DNA of 64,000 nt from Patescibacteria group bacterium (GCA_041660305.1 JBAZWO010000003.1:72705-136704), one strand, 5' to 3'. Shown: positions 35,670 to 46,100, counted from the first letter of the stretch. Notes: generated by a model from the sequence alone, not told the origin. Translations and numbers: made by a program.

Positions 35670-36226
35670 TTATTGATCTGGATCACACTTTATTAGACAC
35701 TACGCGCTTCAAACAAGCTTTAGCGAAAAGCTTGGGCTTAAGCACGGCTAAATGGGATGAAATTTATGAACAATTTGTAGCTGATAACGGTTTATTTAGC
35801 CCTACTGATTTTTTAGCTGGTGCTTCTACAGAACAACGCAACCAGTTTTATAAAACTCTCAACCAATTACCTAGTTTTTTATATCCAGATAGTTTAACGT
35901 TTTTAGACCGAGTACTAAAACAACACTGGCAAGTGATTATTTTAACCTTCGGTGATAAACCTTGGCAACAATTAAAATTAAAACACTTACCACTGCCAAA
36001 GGTTGTACGCACTATTACTACCGATCTATCTAAACATCTAATCATTAAAGATTTATTAGATACTAAAAAAACAATCGTGATTGATGATAATGCCAAAGAA
36101 TTGGACGCGATAAAACGAGCTTATCCAGAAATTATTACTTACTGGATGCAACGCCCAAATGGCAAATACCATACCAAGCCAATTAACGTTAATTTTTGCA
36201 TTAACAATTTAACTATTAATTTATAA
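35657..36226 (+). CDS. HAD-like hydrolase (weak)
   Basis: VIIDLDHTLLDT resembles HAD motif I, with a distal VIDDN. Confidence 0.45.
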   Translation: MPTVIIDLDHTLLDTTRFKQALAKSLGLSTAKWDEIYEQFVADNGLFSPTDFLAGASTEQRNQFYKTLNQLPSFLYPDSLTFLDRVLKQHWQVIILTFGDKPWQQLKLKHLPLPKVVRTITTDLSKHLIIKDLLDTKKTIVIDDNAKELDAIKRAYPEIITYWMQRPNGKYHTKPINVNFCINNLTINL

Positions 36227-36232
36227 TATTTT

Positions 36233-36562
36233 ATGTCTATATATGTTCATGAAATACCAGGAAAAACTGGCTCCGAATCAGGCGAGATACATAATTTTCC
36301 TGGTTTTGATAAAACTCGTTACGTTCACTACGATAAACAAGTATTTCCAGATCAAGCTAATGCCCTCCATTGTGCTCAAGCGTTAGTGGCTCGTTTTGAA
36401 CAAGAAAAAGAAAAAGGAACAGTGCATGATTTGAGTGGATTTGCCTTTTACATTTCTGGAAAAGCGTTGGATAAAGTAAATAACCCAGATGGAGAAGGCG
36501 GTTTTATTTGTATTAGACATCATTCAGATAAAACCAAGTTTTACATGGAAAAATTACACTAA
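36233..36562 (+). CDS. Hypothetical protein
   Basis: 109-aa ORF. No family recognised. Confidence 0.4.
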   Translation: MSIYVHEIPGKTGSESGEIHNFPGFDKTRYVHYDKQVFPDQANALHCAQALVARFEQEKEKGTVHDLSGFAFYISGKALDKVNNPDGEGGFICIRHHSDKTKFYMEKLH

Positions 36563-36568
36563 TTTAGC

Positions 36569-37681
36569 ATGACCGTTTATTCTGTTTCAGAATTTGTTTC
36601 CGGTGTAAATGAATTGCTTAGTGGTATTCCCACTTGTGTGCAAGGTGAAGTAAGTAACTTTCACGTGGCGCAAAACCGCTTTGTGTGGTTCGATTTGAAA
36701 GATGAAAAAAGCGCCGTTAGTTGCTTCATGTTAGCTTTTCAGTTAAACCAAATTATTGCTGATGGCATGTTAATTCAGGTTACGGGCAACCCGGCGTTAT
36801 TCTCCAAATCTGGCCGCTTTCATATTCGAGCACATACCATTCAATTAGTTGGTGCCGGCAGTTTAAAACAGCAGTATGAATTATTGAAGAAAAAACTAGC
36901 CAATGAGGGCTTATTCGATGCTGCACGCAAACGCCAGTTACCACGTTTTCCGCAAACCATTGGTTTAGTTACATCACCCGATGCCGCCGCTTACACGGAT
37001 GTATTAAAAATATTACGCCACCGCTGGCCTAATTTACAAATAAAATTATTTCCGGTTAACGTACAAGGTGCTCAAGCTCCGGCCAGTATCATACAAGCCT
37101 TGCAATTAATTAATAAAAATTGGGTAAATAAATTAGATGTGGCAATTATTACCCGCGGCGGCGGCTCCATGGAAGATTTACAAGCGTTTAACGATGAAGC
37201 GGTAGTACGCGCTATTTTTGGTTTACAAGTTCCCTGTATTGTGGGCGTTGGCCATGAACGCGATGAAACTTTAGCTGAATTTGTGGCTGATATACGCGCG
37301 TCTACACCATCGAATGCGGCTGAATTAGCAGTACCACATGTAGCTGATGTTCAGGCTCAAATTACCCATTTAGTTACTCAACAACAACATTACTTACAAC
37401 AAAAATTAGCCAGCTCTATTCATACCGTTACCCAAGATTTTTTAGACCAAGTTAATTACTGGCAACAAACTATTAAACAAAAATTATCAGCTGTGCAACA
37501 CGCTAAACAATTATTGTTATCGTATCACCCTAAAAATATTCTAGCCCGCGGTTATTCTATTACCACGTTAACTAACGGCACAGTAATTACTTCTGCCAAA
37601 CAACTTAAATTAAAAACACCCATTACCACTACCTTCGCGTCTGGCAAAATTAGTTCAACTGTGTTAAAATTCTGGCACTAA
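36569..37681 (+). CDS. xseA: Exodeoxyribonuclease VII large subunit
   Basis: YSVSEFVSGVNELL....V.GEVSNF......FVWFDLKDEKSAVSC is the OB N-terminus typical of XseA. Confidence 0.85.
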   Translation: MTVYSVSEFVSGVNELLSGIPTCVQGEVSNFHVAQNRFVWFDLKDEKSAVSCFMLAFQLNQIIADGMLIQVTGNPALFSKSGRFHIRAHTIQLVGAGSLKQQYELLKKKLANEGLFDAARKRQLPRFPQTIGLVTSPDAAAYTDVLKILRHRWPNLQIKLFPVNVQGAQAPASIIQALQLINKNWVNKLDVAIITRGGGSMEDLQAFNDEAVVRAIFGLQVPCIVGVGHERDETLAEFVADIRASTPSNAAELAVPHVADVQAQITHLVTQQQHYLQQKLASSIHTVTQDFLDQVNYWQQTIKQKLSAVQHAKQLLLSYHPKNILARGYSITTLTNGTVITSAKQLKLKTPITTTFASGKISSTVLKFWH

Positions 37682-37696
37682 TCTTAGTGTAAACGT

Positions 37697-37927
37697 ATGC
37701 CAAAAAAAACTAAACCTACTATAAATTTTTCAGAACAATTTGTTGAATTAGAAAAAATTACGGCTAATTTTGAGGCCGGTAAATATGATTTGGAAACTGG
37801 TTTAAAAAAATTTGAAGATGGGTTGCAACTAGCTAAAAATTTACAGCAATATTTACAACAAGTAGAGCAGCGTATTGCCACGATTAAAACTAAATACCAT
37901 GAGCCTACATCCAAAACCAAAGCGTAA
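37697..37927 (+). CDS. xseB: Exodeoxyribonuclease VII small subunit
   Basis: 76 aa: FSEQFVELEKITANFEAGKYDLETGLKKFEDGLQLAKNLQQYLQ. It lies adjacent to xseA. Confidence 0.8.
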   Translation: MPKKTKPTINFSEQFVELEKITANFEAGKYDLETGLKKFEDGLQLAKNLQQYLQQVEQRIATIKTKYHEPTSKTKA

Positions 37928-38816
37928 GCCGGTGGCTAAGTTAGCTACCAATCCGGCACCTATGCCAGAGCCAGCCAAACCGCGCCCTAGTTGGAAAAAA
38001 CGCTTATGGGGTTGGCTATGGCGCTTCTTGTTAGTGTTCGTGTTAGTATTAGGTTTGTTATTGCTTGGTATTTATGCCACCCAACCACGGTATTATAATG
38101 TGCTAATTATTGGTTCCGATCAACGTAATACCGAACATGCTCGCTCCGATGTATTAATGATTGCCAGTATTCCAAAATCCGGTAATGATAAATTATCGCT
38201 TACTACCGTACCACGTGATACTAAAATTGATCATCCAGAAAAAGGTCTACAAAAAATAACACATTTCTATGCCATGTGGGAAGATAAAAATGAATATTTA
38301 GGTAATCATGTATTAACCCAAACGGTAGTAGAAGCTCTATTAGATATTAAAATAAATAGTTCGGTTGAAGTAACGTTTGAAAGCTTTGATGAAATTGTTA
38401 ATTTAGTTGGTGGGGTGGATACTAGCCAAGGCCATTTAACCGGTAAGCAAGCTGAAGAATTGGTACATAATCGCTTTGTGCAACCGAATGGTGATTTTGG
38501 CCGCACCGCCGCACAACGCGAAATTTTAGCCGATCTGTTAAAAAAGTTTAAACAACCCGCCAACGCTCGTAAACTACGTGATTATTTTAATACCACTAAA
38601 CGAGCCCGTTTAACGGTTAATCCAGTGTCGGCCGGTTTATTTGGCCTAGCTTATTTACTTGGCCACTTTGGTCAAATTAATTTAAATAACATTAATGAGG
38701 TAGTATTACCCGGAGAAAGTAAGCGAATTTACACGCCTGATTTTAATAAATCATTGTATTATTGGATTTTAGATATGGATAAAACGAATGAACTAGTAAA
38801 ACAATATTTAAAATAA
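37875..38816 (+). CDS. LytR-CpsA-Psr (LCP) family cell-envelope transferase
   Basis: TM anchor, then NVLIIGSDQRNTEHARSDVLMIASI. The start is ambiguous: ATG 37875, 37899 or 37962, and the first two overlap xseB. Confidence 0.75.
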   Translation: MPRLKLNTMSLHPKPKRKPVAKLATNPAPMPEPAKPRPSWKKRLWGWLWRFLLVFVLVLGLLLLGIYATQPRYYNVLIIGSDQRNTEHARSDVLMIASIPKSGNDKLSLTTVPRDTKIDHPEKGLQKITHFYAMWEDKNEYLGNHVLTQTVVEALLDIKINSSVEVTFESFDEIVNLVGGVDTSQGHLTGKQAEELVHNRFVQPNGDFGRTAAQREILADLLKKFKQPANARKLRDYFNTTKRARLTVNPVSAGLFGLAYLLGHFGQINLNNINEVVLPGESKRIYTPDFNKSLYYWILDMDKTNELVKQYLK

Positions 38817-38822
38817 CTTCAC

Positions 38823-39611
38823 ATGGCCGAACAAAATATTATTGTTTACGATTTAGAAACTCAAAAAACTTTTGCTGAAGTAGAAAATGGCAAACCAGAA
38901 TTGTTACGCGTATCTTATTTAGGTTTGTATTCTTTTTCACAAAACCAGTACTTTGGTTTTTTTGAACCAGATCTGCCAAAATTAGAAGCCATCATGCTGA
39001 AAGAGCAACCCTTATTAATTGGCTTTAATTCTATTCACTTTGATAATAAAGTATTGCAACCTTATTTTAAACAACTTAACATTAGCACGTTGCCCCAACT
39101 AGATATTTTAGCTGAAATCTATAATTCATTAGGCTTCCGCATGAAATTGGAAAGCGTGGCGCAAGCCACTTTAGGCACAGGTAAGTCTGGCAGTGGTTTA
39201 GACGCGATTCGTTATTTTCGCACCGGTAATTTAGAGGCGTTATCGAAATATTGTTTAGATGATGTACGCATTACTAAAGATATTTATTTATACGGCAAAC
39301 AACACGGTTTTATTTTGTATACCGCCGCTGGCGAACTGGCTCGTTTACCAGTATCATGGGGCAATGCTCCTACTATTACCGACCAACTAAAGCAAGCTTG
39401 GCAACAACATCAGCGCTGTAGTATTTCTTATTTACAAATGGAACCTACCAGGCAAATATATAATACCGAAATTGATGTAATAACCTTTAACCCAAAAACT
39501 ATTACCGCTTATTGCCAACAAGCCCACGCTACTAAACCATTTTCCGTCGACCGCATTCAAACATTAAGTATTACCAAACAACAATACGCTTATCAAGCGG
39601 TGTTGTTTTAA
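38823..39611 (+). CDS. RNase H-like / DEDD-type 3'-5' exonuclease domain protein
   Basis: IVYDLETQ (Exo I-like), GFNSIHFDNKVL (Exo II-like) and YCLDDVRITKDIY (Exo III-like). Confidence 0.55.
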   Translation: MAEQNIIVYDLETQKTFAEVENGKPELLRVSYLGLYSFSQNQYFGFFEPDLPKLEAIMLKEQPLLIGFNSIHFDNKVLQPYFKQLNISTLPQLDILAEIYNSLGFRMKLESVAQATLGTGKSGSGLDAIRYFRTGNLEALSKYCLDDVRITKDIYLYGKQHGFILYTAAGELARLPVSWGNAPTITDQLKQAWQQHQRCSISYLQMEPTRQIYNTEIDVITFNPKTITAYCQQAHATKPFSVDRIQTLSITKQQYAYQAVLF

Positions 39612-39613
39612 CC

Positions 39614-39898
39614 CTACAACATCGATACAAATTGCGTAGCGAGTTGTAACTTTTTCAAAAAAGAAAACGTTGGCTTTTTGTACGCCGCTACAACCGGTAC
39701 CGGTGGCTGAACAACTGCGAATGTGTTAACTAAAGTAGTTTTAATACTTGGCCCGAATAATTCAATTAATAACTGCTCGGGCAATTGTTTAAATTGGCCA
39801 ATCGTAAATACGCCTAGTGAACGCAATACTTTAGCAGTACGCTGGCCGATATTGGGCATAAATTCTATTGGAACATTGCTGTGGTTGGAAACGGCCAT
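39614..39898 (-). CDS. Y-family (DinB-like) DNA polymerase fragment, HhH/thumb region only; possibly a gene relic
   Basis: 94 aa. VPIEFMPNIGQRTAKVLRSLGVFTIGQFKQLPEQLLIELFG matches the 'lP...l.GIG....kL..lGi.TigdL......L...fG' segment of Pol IV. No palm or little-finger region is present. It lies 9 nt downstream of lexA. Confidence 0.5.
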   Translation of the reverse strand: MAVSNHSNVPIEFMPNIGQRTAKVLRSLGVFTIGQFKQLPEQLLIELFGPSIKTTLVNTFAVVQPPVPVVAAYKKPTFSFLKKLQLATQFVSML

Positions 39899-39907
39899 AT
39901 AATAAAA

Positions 39908-40522
39908 TTAATTAAATTTACGAATAATACCTAATACTTTACCTTGAATAATTACGTGCTTTACTTTAATGGGTTTGTATAAACGGTTACGTGGTTGTAA
40001 ACGAATATAATTTTTTTCTTTATGAAATTCTTTTAACGTAGCTGTACCATCTTCTAATAAAGCTACTACAATATCGCCGTCTTGCGCATAATCTTTCTTT
40101 TCTACTACTACATAATCTCCATCGGAAATTAAGCTTTCTATCATGGAATCACCTTTTACTTTTAGCACATAAGTATTTTCGTTATTAATCATGTGCCGTG
40201 GCACAGTTAATGTTTCCGTGCGATCTTCTACGGCCTCAATCGGCGCGCCGGCTGTAATAATACCGGCCAATGGTAAATTAATAGCGCTACCTGCTAGATA
40301 GCTTTCTGGTTGCGTTATTTGCATAGCCCGGGCATGTTTGGCTTCACGCTGAATTAAGCCTAGTGCTTCTAATTCAGACAAATGCTGATGTACGGTGGCT
40401 AATGATTTTAATTTAAACTGTTTAGCAATTTCTTCTAGGGTTGGAAAATAGCCAAGCTTTTTACTAAACTGCTTAATAAAATCGAGCAATTGTTTTTTGC
40501 GTTTGGTAATTGTTACGGCCAT
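39908..40522 (-). CDS. lexA: LexA repressor
   Basis: N-terminal wHTH (LTKRKKQLLDFIKQF..GYFPTLEEIAKQF..KSLATVHQHLSELE) and an S24 peptidase domain (VKGDSMIESLISDGDYVVV...KVLGIIRKF). ATG 40522 is preferred over the track start at 40543. Confidence 0.9.
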   Translation of the reverse strand: MAVTITKRKKQLLDFIKQFSKKLGYFPTLEEIAKQFKLKSLATVHQHLSELEALGLIQREAKHARAMQITQPESYLAGSAINLPLAGIITAGAPIEAVEDRTETLTVPRHMINNENTYVLKVKGDSMIESLISDGDYVVVEKKDYAQDGDIVVALLEDGTATLKEFHKEKNYIRLQPRNRLYKPIKVKHVIIQGKVLGIIRKFN

Positions 40523-40528
40523 GCTAGT

Positions 40529-40557
40529 ACTGTAACCGAACAAAAACCGAACGTCAA
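40529..40557 (-). promoter_or_regulatory. lexA promoter TTGACG-17-TACAGT; the ATG lies 6 nt downstream
   Basis: The minus strand reads TTGACG ttcggtttttgttcggt TACAGT actagc ATG. Confidence 0.6.
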
Positions 40558-40603
40558 CCCCGCAACCGCAGAGCCTGTGGATAACTTCGGTTTTTGTTCG
40601 GTT
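40534..40603. repeat. Perfect 18-bp inverted repeat (AACCGAACAAAAACCGAA ... TTCGGTTTTTGTTCGGTT) with a 34-bp spacer
   Basis: Arms at 40534-40551 and 40586-40603, read directly. The left arm covers the -35/-10 spacer of the lexA promoter (40535-40551) and the first base of the -10 box. The right arm overlaps the stop codon of the upstream permease gene. Confidence 0.85.
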
Positions 40604-41651
40604 AATCGGCCTTATCTAGCTCTGGCTTATAGATGTGTTGATAAATTTCTAACAGACTAATTAATAACGCCGTAATTACCGGGCCAATTACAATGCCAGA
40701 TACACCAAATACGGTTAAGCCGCCTAACGTGGAAAAAAATATTAATAACGGATGCATTTGGGTATCCTTCCCTACTAACGGCCCACGTAACACATTATCA
40801 ATTAATCCAGCAATCACTGTGCCGACTAATAAAATAATGGCGGCGGTTAAATTGCCTTGAAAAAAAGCTAGTACACTGCCAATAAATAAAACTGTACCGG
40901 CGCCAACCGATGGAATAATGGATACCACAATCATAATCATGCCCCAAAACGCGGCTCCGGGAATACCGGTAATAAAAAATACCAAGCCGCCAATTACACC
41001 TTGAATAATACCAATTAATACAGTGCCTTTCAGCGTAGCTCTCGTTGTTGAAGTAAACCTGTCATATAAACGTTGTTCATAATGGTCGCCTAGTGGTAAT
41101 AAATACATGGCCTTTTTTAACATGCCGGCTCCATCTTTGATAAAAAAATACAAGGTGTACAGCATAATAAATAACTGTATAAGTAAACGCACTGTATTTT
41201 GACTACCACTGGCTAACAATGAATAAGCGTAGCTGGAAACCGTAGCGCTCCACTCTAGCGCTTTTTGTTTCATATCCACTTCGCCAATTATTTTACTAAC
41301 TCCCGGTATGGCCAGGGCTTGAGTGATCCAGTCATTAATAATACCCAGGCCACTACTAAAATTTAAGCTGGAATAAAGTGTTAACGTTTGCTGAATTGCC
41401 AAGGTAATTACCAGGCTTAATGGAATTAAACACACCAACACCACTATTAACATGGTAATGGCCGTAGCTAACCGAGCGCGTTGGTTAAATTTATTTAATA
41501 ACCATTTATAAATAGGCTGGGTTAATACCGCAATTACCGCCGCCCAAAAAATTGAGTAGCTATATGGCGCCACTAAAAACATAAACCCTATTAGCACCCC
41601 TGTTAAAATAATGATAAATATAGTGGATTGAATGGTTTTAAATTGTAACAT
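40602..41651 (-). CDS. AI-2E family transporter (PerM/UPF0118)
   Basis: 349 aa with about 8 TM helices. The C-terminal ...HPLLIFFSTLGGLTVFGVSGIVIGPVI is typical of the family. Confidence 0.85.
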   Translation of the reverse strand: MLQFKTIQSTIFIIILTGVLIGFMFLVAPYSYSIFWAAVIAVLTQPIYKWLLNKFNQRARLATAITMLIVVLVCLIPLSLVITLAIQQTLTLYSSLNFSSGLGIINDWITQALAIPGVSKIIGEVDMKQKALEWSATVSSYAYSLLASGSQNTVRLLIQLFIMLYTLYFFIKDGAGMLKKAMYLLPLGDHYEQRLYDRFTSTTRATLKGTVLIGIIQGVIGGLVFFITGIPGAAFWGMIMIVVSIIPSVGAGTVLFIGSVLAFFQGNLTAAIILLVGTVIAGLIDNVLRGPLVGKDTQMHPLLIFFSTLGGLTVFGVSGIVIGPVITALLISLLEIYQHIYKPELDKAD

Positions 41652-41702
41652 AAGTAATATTTAGTATAGCATAATTGTATTAAACATGGTTAAATACAGC
41701 TA

Positions 41703-43028
41703 ATGAATTTTATAAAAACTCTGCTAAAACGTATTTTGCCAGCTAATTGGCTGTATCAATATCATAAAACCTTGGTAAAATACGCCGCTTGGCGTTATCG
41801 TTATCCATCGAATAAATTAATAGTAATTGGCGTTACCGGCACGAAAGGAAAATCTACTGCCAGTAATTTAATTTGGCACGTTTTAACTAAAGCCGGTTAT
41901 AACGTAGGTTTAGCCACTACGGTTAATTTTAAAATAGGCAACAACACTTGGCTGAATGATACTAAAATGACCATGTTAGGTAGAACTCAATTGCAAAAAT
42001 TGTTAGCCGATATGGTAAAAGCCGGTTGCACTCATGCCGTAATTGAAACATCTTCCGAAGGCATAAAACAATTTCGCCATTTAGGGATTACTTATGATTG
42101 TGTGGTGTTTACTAATTTATTTCCAGAACATTTAGATGCGCATGGCGGCTTTGAGAATTACAAGCAAGCTAAATTAGACTTGTTTCGTTATTTAGCAACC
42201 TGTCCAGTAAAAACGATTAATCACAAACCGATTTTGAAAGGCGCTGTAATTAATGGCGACAGCGAATACGCTACTGAGTTTTTTCAAGCCGCGAATGTGC
42301 CAAATAAAATAGTGTGGGCAGAACACGAATTAGAAAATTTATCCGTTACATTACCGGTGAGTGATGTGCAAGAACAACCTAATGGCTTATTATTTACAGT
42401 TGGCTCGTACGAATTATTCAGTAATTTATTGGGCCGCTGGAATATTGAGAATGTATTATCGGCCTTAGGTGTAGGCACGTATTGCGGCTTATCGTTACCA
42501 GCTATGGCTGATTCCTTAACTAATTTTCATGGCGTGCCTGGCCGCATGGAACTTATCGAAGCCGGGCAAAACTTTACCGTAATTGTAGATTACGCTTACG
42601 AACCACGCAGCTTAACTTTACTTTACGAATTTTGGCGTAAACGTATTAGTAAAGATAAAAAAATTATTACGTTAATCAGCTCCACTGGTGGCGGCCGCGA
42701 TAAATCCCGCCGCCTGGAAAACGGCCAAGTAGCTGGTAAATTATGTGATTATGTAATTGTTACCGATGAAGATCCGTATGATGATGATCCGTTAACTATT
42801 ATTAATGAGGTGGCGGCCGGTGTGCAACAAGGTGGCAAAATAGAAAATGAAACTTTTTGGAAAATTCAAAATCGCTATAAAGCTATTAAACAAGCCTGCA
42901 GTTTAGCCCAAGCCGGTGATGTGGTAATTTTGCCGTGCAAAGGCGCCGAACAGAAAATGTGTTTAGCTAAAGGGAAAAAGATAGATTGGGATGATAGAGA
43001 GGTGGTAAAAGACATTTTGAATCAATAA
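41703..43028 (+). CDS. Mur ligase family protein (MurE-like UDP-MurNAc-dipeptide amino acid ligase)
   Basis: VIGVTGTKGKSTASNL P-loop, plus central and C-terminal Mur ligase domains (DYAYEP...SSTGGGRD). Confidence 0.8.
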   Translation: MNFIKTLLKRILPANWLYQYHKTLVKYAAWRYRYPSNKLIVIGVTGTKGKSTASNLIWHVLTKAGYNVGLATTVNFKIGNNTWLNDTKMTMLGRTQLQKLLADMVKAGCTHAVIETSSEGIKQFRHLGITYDCVVFTNLFPEHLDAHGGFENYKQAKLDLFRYLATCPVKTINHKPILKGAVINGDSEYATEFFQAANVPNKIVWAEHELENLSVTLPVSDVQEQPNGLLFTVGSYELFSNLLGRWNIENVLSALGVGTYCGLSLPAMADSLTNFHGVPGRMELIEAGQNFTVIVDYAYEPRSLTLLYEFWRKRISKDKKIITLISSTGGGRDKSRRLENGQVAGKLCDYVIVTDEDPYDDDPLTIINEVAAGVQQGGKIENETFWKIQNRYKAIKQACSLAQAGDVVILPCKGAEQKMCLAKGKKIDWDDREVVKDILNQ

Positions 43029-43131
43029 TTTTTTCTGAGGTCTATTCTTAAACCGCAAAAAGGATTGCCTGATGCGAGCTATATAAAATAGTTGCTATGA
43101 TCTCAGGCGGGATCTGTCATAATTAACGTAG

Positions 43132-43157
43132 AGACGCATTGCACATGCGTCTTTTTT
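43132..43157 (+). terminator. Rho-independent terminator of the Mur ligase gene; also hairpin-family copy H1
   Basis: AGACGCAT (43132-43139), 5-nt loop, ATGCGTCT (43145-43152), then a T-run. It is preceded by GTAG, as in the 47.7 kb hairpins. Confidence 0.7.
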
Positions 43158-46100
43158 GGAAGGAGCAAAAAATACAGGATCAGCGGGCCCAGACGCGACC
43201 TGGGTGAAACACCGGATTTGCATCACCAAACGTGGCGCAGTGCCGAAGGGTGTTCGGTGCTTGCGCCGAGAACAGCGCCCAGGCGATCCCCCACCCGCTG
43301 TTTCCATAATACGTGTGGCTGGAGTCCTCCCAGCCGCCGGCGAAACATGAATTTCCAGACAGAGGGGAAGAAAAATTCGCACTCTGCGAGCAGGTGATCC
43401 CGGAATGATCAAACGACCCGGCCGCCTTGAAGACCGGCTGACTGGGATCGAGTCCCTTCACGAAAAACCGGCGCTCGGCGCTCTGGGTCTCCATACAAGT
43501 GAGCCGATATTCAGTCGCCGTGCTCACCTGCAGACGGCTCATTCCCACCCCATAGTTCGACGAGATGGACGGAGACGAGCCAACCGTATATGTAAACAAG
43601 TCAATCGCCCCCAATTCGGAGGCGATGTTCACGAGAAGAGTCCAACCGCCGCCGTCAGTGGTCATGTCGCAGTACACCGAGATCGGTGCACTGCCCCCGA
43701 CACCATCCACATCAATCGTGTAAGTGCCGGTCGACGATGCCGGGTAAACCTCGAGCCGGTTGAGGCAGTTCGTAGCGTACAGGCCCTCGTCGGTCTGACC
43801 GTCGCAGTCGTTGTCCAGTCCGTCGTATACCTCGGTCGCCCCGGGATGGACGGCCGAGTTGTTGTCGTTGCAGTCGCCGCCGACCGTGGCATAGCCCGAG
43901 GGTTTGTTGCACGCCTGGGCGGTGGTTGTCGAGCCGTAGCCGTCACCGTCGTTGTCCTGGTAGTAGGTGATCTTGACGCCTTCGTCGATCGATCCGTCGC
44001 AGTCGTTGTCCGCGCTGTCGCAGGTCTCGGCTCTAGGGACGCTAGCGTCCCTGTCATCGCAGTCGCCGCTGACCGTGGCGTATCCAGCAGGCCTAGAGCA
44101 GGCCTGAATGGTGTTATCGGTGCCGTGCCCGTCACCGTCGTTGTCCTTGTAGTAGGTGGTCGTGACGCCTTCGTCGGTGTTGCCGTCACAGTCGTTGTCC
44201 GCGCTGTCGCAGACCTCGATCGCGACGGGGTTGATGTCCGGATCGTCGTCATTGCAGTCGCTGGAGTTGCCCACATAGCCTGTGGGCGCGGCGCAGCCGG
44301 AGGTGGTGCTGCCCAAGGTGCCATATTCGTCCCCGTCCGCGTCGCGGTACCAGGTCCAGATTTTCACGTCGTCATCTACCACGCCATCGCAGTCGTTGTC
44401 CATGCCATCGCATTGCTCTGACGCACCGGGGTAGGTTCCGACGTAAGTGTCGTCACAGTCGCCAGAGACGACCGCGTAGCCCCCAGGCCTGGTACAAGCC
44501 TGGATGGTGGTGGAGGTGCCATAGCCATCACCGTCGCCGTCCTGATAGAACGTGACGGTGACCCACTCATCTATAGCGCCGTCACAGTCATTGTCCGCTT
44601 CGTCGCAGACTTCGGTGGCGTTGGGGTTGATGTTGGCGTTGGCGTCATCACAGTCGCCAGTGGTCAGAATCCACTGGCCAGACTCGTCCGGCACAGTGCA
44701 ACCAGTGTAAGTTACACCGCCTTCACTGATTGCATAGCCATCGCCATCTTCGTCGAGGTACCAGGTGGTCTTGACGCCTTCGTCAATCTCACCATCGCAG
44801 TTGTTGTCCACACCATCGCAGACCTCCGTAGCGTAGGGGTTGATAGCCGGATCGTTGTCCTCGCAGTCGCCGCCACCAGCTTCGGTGGCGGTGAAGCCGT
44901 CCCCATCGACGTCCGTCAGGTCCGCACCATCGCAGTCCTGGTCGATGCCATCGTAGGGTGTTTCCCCTGCACCTGGAAAAATGTAGAGGTTGGCATCATC
45001 ACAGTCGCCGTTGGCTTCGGAGTACCCGTCCCCGTCGTCGTCGTAGGCATACGTGCCTTCGTCAATCTGGTCATTACAGTTGTTGTCGATCCCATCGCCG
45101 ATTTCTTCGGCCGCAGGGTTGAGGGACGGGTTCTTGTCATCGCAGTCGGAGCCCGTGCCCCACGGGTCCTGCGAGTATCCGTCCCCGTCCAGGTCGTTGA
45201 GATCCGACCCGTTGCAATCCTGATCGATGCCGTCATAGGGGGTCTCATCCGCGCCCGGATAGATATCCGGGTCGTTGTCGTCGCAGTCGACTTCGACCAG
45301 AAACCCGTCGGCATCTGCATCGATATAATCCGCACCGCTGCAGTCCTGGTCGATGCCATCGTTATGGATCTCGACCGCTCCCGGATAAACGCCGGGGTTG
45401 TTGTCGTCGCAGTCCGTATTGTCGGTCACGTACCCGGCGGGCACGCAACCAGACGAATACGGCTGATTGACATTGCCGTAGCCGTCTGTGTCGCTGTCTT
45501 GGTAGTAGGTATGCTCGACGCCTTCGTCGATCTGACCGTTACAGTTGTTGTCTTTGCTGTCGCACAGCTCGAGCGCGCCGGGGAATACCGTCGCATCCGC
45601 ATCATTGCAGTCGGGCGTGGGATTGTCTTTCGTCCCGTGTCCGTCACCGTCGGCGTCGCGACCGGAACAATATGTCCCGTCGCAATTCTCGTCGACAGAG
45701 TTGCCGCACACCTCGGTTGCACCAGGGTTAATCGCTGTGTTGTTGTCATCGCAGTCCATGCCACCGTCGGTGGCGTTGGATGCGTAGCCATCGCCGTCCA
45801 CGTCCGTTAGGTCCGCGCCATCGCAGTCCTGGTCGATACCGTCGTAGGGGATCTCCTGAGCGCCCGGATTGATGGCCACATCGGCATCGTTGCAGTCGCC
45901 GTCAACATTACGCACGGCGATTGAGTAGGGTGACTGGCAGGTTGTTACGCCAGACCCTACGGCACCATAGCCATCCACATCCGCATCCTGATACCAGGTC
46001 GGCGCATCGATAGCGCCGTTGTCGTCCACCTGTCCATCACAGTCATTGTCCACACCGTCGCAGACCTCGTCGGCGTCTGGATAGACGGTCGCATCCGCAT

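Noticed and set aside
43095-43412. 105-aa minus-strand ORF and 64-aa plus-strand ORF spanning the left border of the high-GC segment
   Set aside because: They overlap the 3' end of the giant gene and the Mur ligase terminator. They have no start context and a composition-driven reading frame.
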